This document shows, in pieces, positions 25,801 through 35,357 of a stretch of 64,000 nt of DNA. Below the pieces are notes generated by a model, which saw only the letters and a program-made list of their open reading frames with translations, was not told where the DNA came from and did not search any database. Made by a program: the position numbers and the translations under genes. Origin of the DNA: Acanthaster planci (taxonomy: Eukaryota); assembly GCF_001949145.1 (NCBI RefSeq), contig NW_019091361.1, forward strand, positions 2,114,919 to 2,178,918, given 5' to 3'. Within the stretch, counting starts at the first letter, position 1; every line of letters begins with the position of its first letter.

Positions 25801-28314
25801 GATAAAGGGACCAACTGACAAAATTCTGGAAGTCATGGTAGGGACCAAGTGTCAGAATTTTGGTAGATGCTGAAATTCTTAATCCGTTCGCAATGTAATG
25901 TTTGGAAGGACTATTGAGATGGCATTACTGAGAGCGTTAATTATTTATGAACAGTGGTGCATCGGGTAAATCAGACAAACAAACGTAACTGTTTACTAAT
26001 GCATTGCCTTATTTTAAACCCGAAGTGTGGTGCGTACGGTAACGCCCCATATAGTATATCACGCGATGAAAAAACTCCATGAGATCAACCGCCTCGCAAT
26101 TACCCGTAATGGCTCATCTCGATTTCTTGATTGCCTTCTGTTTTGCTGGTCATTTTCGTTGGCTCTTCCCTCATCTTCGACTCAGATAATCTTCCGTGAG
26201 AGAAACGCAGGAGTAGAATACGAGTATTGGATGCCACCCAGACAGGGTGAAGGACACCCCGAAGTTCAGGATCAGTTACTGTCAGATGACACCGTTTCTG
26301 GTATGTTTTCATTCTCAACAAAAAAGCACACAGTGTATGACTACCAGTGTATGTAATTGTCACCAGCCGATGCATTATCGAGTCCAGAACAGCAGGGGGC
26401 GCAGTAGCCAATAAAAGGGAGGAGCTGGTACACGCGAGATTCTAGCGCCCTTCTTGAGTTTGAACTTAATTATTTCACAATTCTAAATCTTTTGTGGATT
26501 AACAAACAGCCCACCAGGACTAGTATAATGCCTCTTCATTTTTTTCTTGAAAAGAAAAGAGAACAGGTAATTTTTTAAGCCGCTGAATTGAACCAAATCA
26601 GTATTATTTAAAAATTCTTCAGGAATTGCTACTCCATTTGGCGGGGTTTTTGTTGCTTTGTAATTTTTATTTTCTTAATGGACTTTTCGCAAGTTGCATA
26701 ACGGATGAAAATGTTGGAAATAAGTTTGGCATTGGCAAGGACAGCAAACAAAATCCCTGAAACATCGTTGCGACTTCACTGTCAGATGGACAAGGCCGAC
26801 CCTCAGAGGCAAGCGAGTCGGAGACCAAACCCGAGTCTAGCTCCTCCTCCAACGTGACAATGACGGACGAGGACGAGGAGAACCCCGAGACAGAGGCGGG
26901 CTCAGACGGGGAGCCAGGACGCGAGTCCAGGAGGAAGCCCAAGAAGGACAAGGGCAAGAAGAAAGGGAGGGGCAAAGGCAGAGGCAACGGGAAAGGTATA
27001 CAACTTTGGTAGGCCTACTCGTGAAAAATACTAATATCCCTACTGTGCACTTGGCATTGCGTAGCATAATGGTCAGCGAGAACTTGAGCGTTCGGATCAT
27101 TTTCTCCCCAGACCATGGGCAGATGCCCAACCTTACAATACCTATGCATGAACTTGATGTGCTATGGGCGTGGACCTCTGACACTCATCTAAAAACCATC
27201 CATTTATCAAAGCCATAGAGATCAATGGATTACTCATCTTTCCATCTATAGTTCTATCAATGGTCGGTTATCTGTAATGCTCAGGGCATTTTTCATAACA
27301 CTGCCCTCGGCTTTATTCGTCTCTTGTACTAGCGTGGAATAAAGGCACAACTATTTGGGGGGCCCATTTGACATTTAATTTCAGCAATTTGTTTCCATGT
27401 TGGAAATAAGGGCCTTTAAGTGCATGTTTTCGATCCCCCCGCCTTTTAGTATTGACATGACAAAATGAAACCAATTTGCAAATGCACGTTTTCACAGATT
27501 GACAAATTTCCTTCCTCCTTGTGATCGTTTTTTTCTAGAGAAATGTCCGAAGTGCAGAAAGGTGCGCGGTTCACGGACGAGCCACTACTGCGAGAACGAC
27601 TTTGGTGAGTATTCTATAGTGCATTATACCTATCCGGAAATTTCAATGAACGTCACTCATTGCTTAATCTACAACAGCGACAGTTGTGCGGTGTTTTCAA
27701 TTTAACATAAATAAATTCTCCAGTCTTGATTTGATCATCGCAAAGGTATTATTTGAGTCGTTACAACGCGATTTTTGAGTTCTACAATCATATCGACCGA
27801 GCATGATGCGGCAGGTGCATGAAGCAGCAGTTTTGAGCCTCCTTACATGAGGAGTTTAAGTAAATATTTCGTTTAATACTTGGCAGCAGATGGGGAGGGA
27901 ATTTTGTGAGATCATTTTGTTCACAAGTCAAACTGACCTATTCAACCATCGTGTATACTAGTCCTGCACGTGGAGATACTCAGTAAGACCATCGAGAACG
28001 GCCAGACCCGATTCGACACCACCATCCTACAGACGTACAAGAACACAGTGCACCTTGGGCGGCGCGAATACATCTGGGTTCCCAACGTCTGCAAGTGCCC
28101 CAGGCTGAAAACCGGCGGGCAGTACCTGGTCACAGGCAACCGTCGGTTCGACACGGAGACGGGCGAGACCCGGCTGGTGGTGGACCGCGACAATCTGGTG
28201 TCGGCGTGGAAGGAAGGCTACCACAAGAAGTGGGACAGTATCCAGGCAAGGGAGTCGCTTGTCTGTGCCCAAGGAGAGGAGGAGGAGACAGAGGGGCCAA
28301 CGGGCCGTTTTTAG
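7811..28314 (+). CDS. ADAMTSL5: ADAMTS-like protein 5 homolog (whole spliced gene, 12 coding exons, 1641 nt, about 546 aa)
   Basis: Exons 7811-7891, 18531-18673, 19008-19083, 20004-20094, 20830-20960, 21821-21944, 25212-25298, 25674-25837, 26186-26300, 26786-26995, 27539-27604, 27962-28314. All junctions are GT-AG and phases join into one ORF. Signal peptide + TSP1 + Cys-rich + spacer + C-terminal NTR with no metalloprotease domain is the ADAMTSL5 architecture. Confidence 0.88.
12025..12260. mobile_element. Second copy of the same tRNA-containing element, left arm truncated, internal N gap
   Basis: Same tttcaagatgt... start and taagcaggaggtcgtgggttcgagtccc arm; flanked by aactacaggtat at 12025 and 12249. 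Confidence 0.8.
12136..12195. other. Assembly gap (N run)
   Basis: Run of n. Confidence 1.
18531..18673 (+). CDS. ADAMTSL5: ADAMTSL5-like exon 2, TSP1 N-half (WSRWSDWSECSRTCGGG)
   Basis: Canonical TSP1 motif; CAG acceptor and GTAAAC donor. Confidence 0.93.
18755..18825 (-). mobile_element. tRNA-like SINE head fragment
   Basis: Minus strand reads tggccagg...gtgggctcgaatcccacc (A and B boxes); no intact cloverleaf. Confidence 0.45.
19008..19083 (+). CDS. ADAMTSL5: ADAMTSL5-like exon 3, TSP1 C-half (ICEEESRQYRSCNTK)
   Basis: TAG acceptor, GTGAGT donor, phase 2 to 0. Confidence 0.9.
20004..20094 (+). CDS. ADAMTSL5: ADAMTSL5-like exon 4 (PCPAGSQDFRAMQCAIYN)
   Basis: ADAMTS Cys-rich DFRxxQC motif; GTAAGC donor. 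Confidence 0.92.
20449..20590. repeat. GACTCGAGTC-motif repeat cluster (degenerate non-autonomous element)
   Basis: Repeated gactcgag/gagtc motifs, ending gagtcaacac. Confidence 0.5.
20830..20960 (+). CDS. ADAMTSL5: ADAMTSL5-like exon 5 (ECDLVC...VVDGTRC...DMCINGKCQ)
   Basis: ADAMTS Cys-rich VxDGTxC motif; phases consistent. Confidence 0.93.
21821..21944 (+). CDS. ADAMTSL5: ADAMTSL5-like exon 6 (AVGCDGDLNS...DVCGVCGG)
   Basis: Conserved VGCD...DxCGVCGG motif; strong polypyrimidine acceptor. Confidence 0.93.
23500..23650 (-). mobile_element. Old SINE fragment
   Basis: Minus strand gttcgattccc B box followed by tgtgtgggttttcttctgggta, similar to a conserved SINE central-domain motif. Confidence 0.45.
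25212..25298 (+). CDS. ADAMTSL5: ADAMTSL5-like exon 7, spacer (YNRIIMIPAGASNIRI)
   Basis: IPAGAxxI spacer motif; phase 1-1. Confidence 0.92.
25674..25837 (+). CDS. ADAMTSL5: ADAMTSL5-like exon 8, spacer (ALKDESGEFLLNGDWTIDWPG...GPT)
   Basis: LNGxWxIDWPG and GPT spacer motifs. Confidence 0.93.
26186..26300 (+). CDS. ADAMTSL5: ADAMTSL5-like exon 9, end of spacer (IIFRERNAGVEYEYW)
   Basis: NxGVxYEY motif; GTATGT donor. Confidence 0.9.
26786..26995 (+). CDS. ADAMTSL5: ADAMTSL5-like exon 10, acidic then Lys/Arg/Gly-rich linker
   Basis: Open GC-rich frame bounded by CAG and GT, phase 1-1. Confidence 0.8.
27539..27604 (+). CDS. ADAMTSL5: ADAMTSL5-like exon 11, start of NTR (KCPKCRKVRGSRTSHYCENDF)
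   Basis: CxxC...YCxxDF NTR signature; GTGAGT donor. Confidence 0.9.
27962..28314 (+). CDS. ADAMTSL5: ADAMTSL5-like exon 12, NTR/netrin C-terminal domain to stop
   Basis: REYIWVPNVCKCPRL..G.QYLVTG NTR motif; ends in TAG at 28312-28314. Confidence 0.93.
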
Positions 28315-28868
28315 GGTGGTATCACCGGCCAACGTGCACTCGGTTCAAGATGAAATTATCTTGAGAGGCACAGAGTAAAATAGGAGGGCACCTTTTCTTT
28401 TAGTGGAGATTAATGGTGATCTGTGGTGAGAGAACGCATGCCAAACTCAACACTCATGTAAACTGGACGTGTTATAGTCATGAAGCATGAAGTGAGATTT
28501 CAGACAAGAATTTTAGAATGACAGTACCAACTCTCGTCTCGCCATTTTGAATCTCACCGTTTCAAACATAACGAATTTGTCGACGGTATCCATGTGTACT
28601 TTATATATCAATTTTTGTCATATTTATTTCAATCTCCTGGACCCAATACAACGCAGCTTATTTATAATATGTACAGTATTATAGGCGCGTGAGACCCTGT
28701 TCACGTGTCCGTATTTTGAATGAGAACCACGGAGATATTTTTGTACGAGACGACAAACTGTCGCCTACAGGATTCAGACAGACACCTGTTTTGCTTGACT
28801 CTTGTACCGGTATACGGGATTTATAATGACACAAAAAAGGGGCCTTGTTAAAGATTTTTCACTCGCCG

Positions 28869-28874
28869 AATAAA
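28869..28874 (+). promoter_or_regulatory. Candidate polyadenylation signal for the ADAMTSL5-like gene
   Basis: AATAAA about 550 nt after the stop; alternatives at 29702 and 30600. Confidence 0.3.
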
Positions 28875-31286
28875 CTGGTTAAACTATCGATATTTTCAGA
28901 AAGGAAGGCAAATATAACAGGTATTTTGTAATATTGTTTCAATATACTGTTGTTGAACATAATAATGACTGAAGGGTGTACTCTGGTGGCATTTTGCTAT
29001 TTTAATATTGAAGTATTTTTATTCTGTATACTAAAGAATGTGCTTTCGGGTTAGAAAACATTCTCTGGCTGTGTAAATAAGCGTACGAATAATCACTAAG
29101 GCTTTAATTTCACCTTTCGTTTTTATTCTACACGCCTTGATAGTAGGCTAAATAGCCGACGTGTACATAACATTGCATGTAATATTCTGCGTTTAAAACG
29201 GTATGTTTATAAGCGAAGGAATAGATAGTTTTGCTTGGCTGGAATAATTTTGACGTAAATATTTAACCACTGTCGATATTATTTAAGAAATAATGAAAGT
29301 AGAAAATGGAATCCACGAAGTATTCACGTTCGATTAGAATCTTGTTTGATGTTCAATTTTGTTTTGAGGTAAGCACGCTCTTCTGAAATACACAAGTTAA
29401 CTGCATCAAGGATACTACGGATCGTTTCCTCTGGTACATTTGAGAACTTAGCGCGTAGCTATCAAATCTACCGCAAGTTTTCAGTCAGTTCACTCACCGG
29501 TAGCATCATGTCGGTCACGCCGCGTTATCATAGGGAAAAAGACTGGACGGCAGTAATGCAAGCTACTCACAAGATTTAAGATTGTTGATGGAGTGTGTGT
29601 TTGGGAGGAAGTGTGTCTGGAAAAACTCTTTCCATGAACAATATTCTCACTTGGCGTTCGTGCTCATTTCATCATTATCATCTAAACTTCATTTCCTTAT
29701 CAATAAATCTGCAACGGATATTTCATCCACGATCTCACAGAAAGGCTGTTTTTGTATGAAATTTAATAGACGATAGTGTGTTTAGACTGTTTTCTGACTA
29801 CCAAGTCTGAAACATTTATCTTTCCAAAAGAACGCTTGTGTGTTTCCTATCTCCGCCAGCCTTACAGGTTAACAGTGCTTTCACCTGATTAAAAGTTCTT
29901 AGGAAAAACAGAGACTGTCTTTTGAATTCATTGGTTAGTCCATGGTGTCAATATTTTGAATCTCATCACACAGAACAAACCAATGCCGAAATTCTCCTGA
30001 TTTAAATGAATACACGTTGCGCTTGAGTAGGCCCAAAGTACAGGCTCCATGGGTGCTCTCAAGCAAAGTTTGTAATTCGCATTTGGATTTTCTTAAACAA
30101 GAATCCTTTTGTAGCGGTTAACGACTTGCCCTGCAAATTGACAGGCGTACTTTGGACTCTGACTTTGCCGTCAGTTATTTTGGTTTTACTCGGCGTTTGA
30201 AGTTCAATGCTCCACGATGGTGCATTTTGGCCAAATACAGGGCAAAGTCCTTCACATTTCGCTTACATCTCGATTCAGAGAGGGAAGATGAGGGGACAAC
30301 AACGACGAGTCGTGGGATTCCATCCAAGCTCTCTGTAGGGGGAAATTTCCAAAGGGTGCCGGCCAATGAAGATTACTACATTACGCCAAACCAACCAACC
30401 AACCCCCACTCAATCGTTGTATCGTTACTTTGGAGCACACTTCCGATATGCCCAAACCGAAACTATCAAATGCCTCAAATATTATAACTCGGCAATGTTT
30501 TTGAAAGTATCAGTGTATTTTTATTCGTCATCAGAATGTATAAATATGACCGGAATATACATATATTAGTTGAAAATACAAAACGAGTTGAATGATTATA
30601 ATAAAGATATGACTTTTTGCATATCAAATCAAATATCACATTTTACAGGACTTTAAAGAAACTAATTGGTTAGTTGAATGCCTACATGAAAATCAAAAGA
30701 ATACAACATTCAAAATGTGTCAGCAGTTTGAGTAATGAAATTACACACATAAAAAGCAAATACAGTCACCATAAGAACTAACTTTACAGGATCCAAGCCT
30801 GCAGCCAGGAGGGGGATTTAATTAAGTCCACAAGTAGTACAAATTCTGATTTTGAACTGCAAAGCAGAACTATACTGAGGGTGAGCCTCAGGACATCATC
30901 TAACATAAGGTGAAGCTATGAAGTGTAATTTCAGTTTCACGATGTCCCTGTAGAATTGTGGAATGAGGTACCATATACACAAGATACGGGCTGTTTGTTT
31001 GAAGCCCTGGGCAGCCCCAGCTATGGCATTTTTGCTTACACTAGAACGTCAAGGATCTTTGGGTGGGTACCGGATGGGTGGGGACTGGGTGGGCGTGCCT
31101 TGCCCTGTACAGTACTTGAATCACATGAATTAATCTGACAAAAAGTAGGCCTACTCTCTGAATATAGGAGTAACACTGAAATTAATGGTTCGGCACATTT
31201 GCAGTGTTGGCAATTTTTGGACACTGACCTACGTGGACTCCTCTTCCCCCAGTACGGGCGATTTACAATAGTGCGCTACGTAGCGC

Positions 31287-31375
31287 GCGTTGGCCAACCA
31301 CGATACGTGAAATCTGTCGACCCTTTCCAAACGCGCATCGGGTCAACATTTTGCGCACTGTGATTGGCCAAAGCG
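31287..31375. repeat. Imperfect palindrome, probable MITE core
   Basis: ttggccaaccacgatacgtgaaatctgtcgaccc versus gggtcaacattttgcgcactgtgattggccaa. Confidence 0.55.
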
Positions 31376-34300
31376 TTGCAAACTCTTGGTGGCGCCGTAT
31401 TATTGCACAAATTTAAAAACAAAGGAAAAAATGTTCAAAAGAAGAAGAAGAAGAAAAAAAAAAAAGAACTTGGGAAAGAGATAACGTCCACAAATTTCCC
31501 CATCGCTTAAGCTTCCCTGGGGAGCTAAGGACTATTCGATTTCTGTGTCAACCCACACTGTTTTGCATTCACGCCGAGTTAATACATGTCACAATGGTCT
31601 TGTGACTTAAAAGTTTTTACAAAAGTACACGCGTCTTTTTTCTTTAATTTCAGAGCTCAAAAACTGTGACACCCTAAAGTTTCAATATATCAGGGGCTCC
31701 CGTGAAGAATTTTAATTACGGGCAAAGATGAAATCGTCCTGGTCATTTCCAAGCATGTGCAAAAGCTGTCCGGAAAATCTGCACTAAAATATTAAGACGC
31801 GGTGTTCGCGCTTCCCGAAGGCAGGTCAAATTCACGAGAGCCTGAGAATACTATTTAAAGAATACAAAATGTTAATTCCCTGGACTGCTCAAAAAAATAA
31901 AAATAAGCTTGTAAATTAACTCATTTTTTTCAATTTTTGGGATCGTTTGGGGTATTCATAATTTTTGGTTCATTTGTTTTTAACCAAAACACGCTCTTGT
32001 CGCTGGTGTGTGCGAATAAAGGTCCTCTTATTATTCCCTTTAAAAATTAGTAATGTCGGCAGATCTTCAGAACTGCCTCCTCAGTGATACTAGATGAATT
32101 AATCTTAGTAACAAAGTACTTACCACCAAAATCTGTTACCACTTAATAAACACACAACTTTAGCCTACATTTCCTAACGCAAACAATTGACGTGTACAAG
32201 GTACGGTAGACTATGTAATGTTCTATTCTATACTGCATTCCATTTAAATCTTAAGCTTACATGAGAGAAGAAAAGGAGAGGCCCGAAGCACTTTTATTGT
32301 GACCACCATTAAAATCCTTCTTAACAACTTCAGGTCCCAAAACGATCTAGCGTGCTTGCTTGAGATGTGACTGGCGTTTAACCGACTCCATCGGCAACAA
32401 ATGACAGAGTGGAATGGTACAGAGATTCAGAGGAATGGAACAGAAAGGGGCCTGAGGGGGCATAAAGTCTTACCCCCAGGAAAAAAAAGGGAAATATAGA
32501 AGTTTGGAGCCATTGATTCTCCCGGTAAGTACGAAACTGATGGAATCTTTGTTGCCTGAGATGTGTTGAAGAAATGAACTCCATTGAAGTCTCAAAGCAT
32601 TAATAGGTAAACTTCTTGCACTGGCCAGTCACTTTATCTTAACGTCAAGTGACTGAATTACACCGTTCAATATGCTTCATTGTGACTGCTTTTAGCTATC
32701 AGGAGGAGAGGCAAATAAAGATATCCACACGAAAGAGCCGTCGGTAACACATGAAAATTCAAAGATAAAGATGTCGAAAATTCAAAGATAAAGATGTATA
32801 TCCCACCCTACAGACAGCCACAGACAGTGGTATAGACACCCCATAATGTGATGAAAAAAAGGCTAACTTCCAATTATTTTCCCAAGTCATGAAAACGTCA
32901 TTTAGGCATTCACCACGAATTTCTGTTTTGAAAGAATTTCTTTTTTTTGAAATTTCAATTTCACTTGAATGAAGTTCAAACCTGCTCAATTACTACCTTA
33001 TCACAAAAGAGAAGACGCAATCTCTGACTGATTAATTTAACAACTATGAGATTCTGCACCATATTTGGTAATGCTGCAGTTCGTCTTCAGGTAGTAAGTA
33101 TGGCCTGATCAACGGAACACATAAGCCTAGCCAAGACCTCAGAGACGAGCTCTGAACATGGGGAAAGTACAGAATACATGTATTAAGCTACTGTTAATCT
33201 AGACTTAAATCACAAAAAGTGTTGAGGCAGAATATATTCTCGTAAAAACACTGCGACCATGTTTGATTAATATATTATCAAACTTTGAAGAAACTAGAAA
33301 GAACAATTGTGAAAATTGAGGTAATGATTTTGTAAGGCCGAGGTTTATGTTAGATGTCTTAATGCTGTAAGCACTTCTCGTATGAAAAAAGGCAAAGTTT
33401 TAGAAGTAATGGTAAAGTAATCAGCTACAAAGTTTTTTTATAATCAAACTTTCCCCAAAATATAGTGAAGTAATTACTTGAGCACCAGTTCCTTTTGTTT
33501 TGCAGCTTAAAAATTACAGCATACAAATTAAGTGATATAAAGTACCAAAAGTGCAATTGCTCAACAGACCTGATTGAAGATAGAATTCATTTGAATCATC
33601 TCATCAAAATTATTTTCAAGAGGAGCTCACACAGAAGTACCACCACCTTGCACTAATATGCTCAAAACGCCAAGGTTCAGAGATCCAGGTAAAGGCTGGG
33701 AATTCAAACCAGGAGGAAATTAGAGCAAATTCAATTGCAGCAAAAACCATTCCCATTTGATTTCAAAACAATACTAGCAGAAATCAGCCAGGAAAGTCTG
33801 ACTGCAATGAGCTATTCAAGAATCCTGGTGAACAAATTTGCTTAGCAGAAAAGCTTGGAATGAACTATTTTCAGATCCAGTTGGTAAATCGCTCGCAAGG
33901 CAAATATTACACATAACAGAACATAAAAATGATACTGGCTTATTTGCACAGAGGAACACACTATGCCAGAAGATACAATCTGTGTAACCTCTGGTTTAAG
34001 AGAGAGGGCTCCTGACAATGCCACAAGAAGCTCTACATACATTCTATAAGCCCCAAGCTGGACCAAGAGAGGGTGCACTTTTCCTAGCAATGGAGGCTCC
34101 CCTGTCGGAACTGCACTGCGCTGGTTCACAAACGACCATCAAACGCACCTGCTATGGTCACGTCGTTACAAGCAAATTGAACACTCCCGACTAACATGGC
34201 TCTTTTTCAACTAGTGAGGGGGTGCTTCTGCTCAAGGTGGACAGAGGCTGACAATACAAGCTGATCAAAACAGCACCATTAACATAAACTCTTGTGAGGA

Positions 34301-35329
34301 AACTTATGCAGATTGTCGAACCCGACAGACAAGCCAGAGACCTTAAGGAGCATCTCAAAAGTTGGAATTTTTCCATTTCGTTGGACAGCTCCATTAGATC
34401 GTTTGGTAAACATGAATGTCTTGAGGCACCCCACAATTTTGTGTTGCAAATCAGCAGGGGGACCATCCTGCATGACACTCCTGTTCAAATGGCGCTAAGA
34501 TTCAGGAACCATCATAATTGACACTTCGGTTAACATAGGCTCCCTCCTGCAGAATGTTCCAGCTGACGGTTCCGAGAGAACATTCCATCCGGCACACATG
34601 CTCAAAAAGGCATGGAATGGTCCAATGGATGATTCCCACGGAACGGCAGCCATTCCAACGGAACACTCCGCGTTACACTGGGAACACTGAGCGTGCCCAG
34701 CCGAAAGGCCAATATGCCAAAAAGAATGTTCCAACTATTCTGACTTTTTGAGATGCTCCCTTACATGAGGAAATTTCGTGCTACATGAACCGAACTCCCG
34801 AGGGTATGTGAACAACTGTATTGAAATTCGACTGTTTAATATGGTGAATGACTTCAACAGAAACAAAAATACCTTTGCTGATTAAAAAAAAATCACACTC
34901 TGTTTACTAATGCCCCTGAATTGAAACTAGAAACAGAAACTAAATGAAATAATCAATAAAGCACTGTACCGAACATTGAAAACTGCCAGCATTTTGTCAG
35001 ATGTCAATTGAAAACATCAATTAATTACTTTCTCTGCCGGTAATGCCCACACCCTGTGCAACATGAACTGCTTTCTAATTTTAATGTTAAAATGAAAAAA
35101 TAAATTATAACCATCCGTCATACAAAGCAATAACACAAAGTAAACAAATACAACTCATGACTTTTTAAGCAAGATATACACAGCTGCATTTGCAGAAATT
35201 GATATGTCCTTTGACTTCTGAAGTTTCTAAAACTATCCACAAACCTTCAGGAAGATTTCGCCTTGACTGCAATGCCCATTTTTCTTTGAGAGGCCTGGAA
35301 AGGGAGACTAGGGCCTGGGGAAGTCCAAG

Positions 35330-35357
35330 TTACACTGATGTTGTACTTCTTCGATTC
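35330..35357 (-). CDS. SERINC5: Putative SERINC terminal exon (NRRSTTSV*)
   Basis: Long pyrimidine tract plus TAG acceptor, phase 2 matches the upstream GTAAGT donor. Confidence 0.55.

Noticed and set aside
26667..28364. Antisense and alternative-frame ORFs over ADAMTSL5-like exons 10-12
   Set aside because: Shadow ORFs of GC-rich coding exons, with no independent motifs.
32753..32797. 22-bp tandem duplication
   Set aside because: Real but an ordinary local slippage event; two units, not an array.
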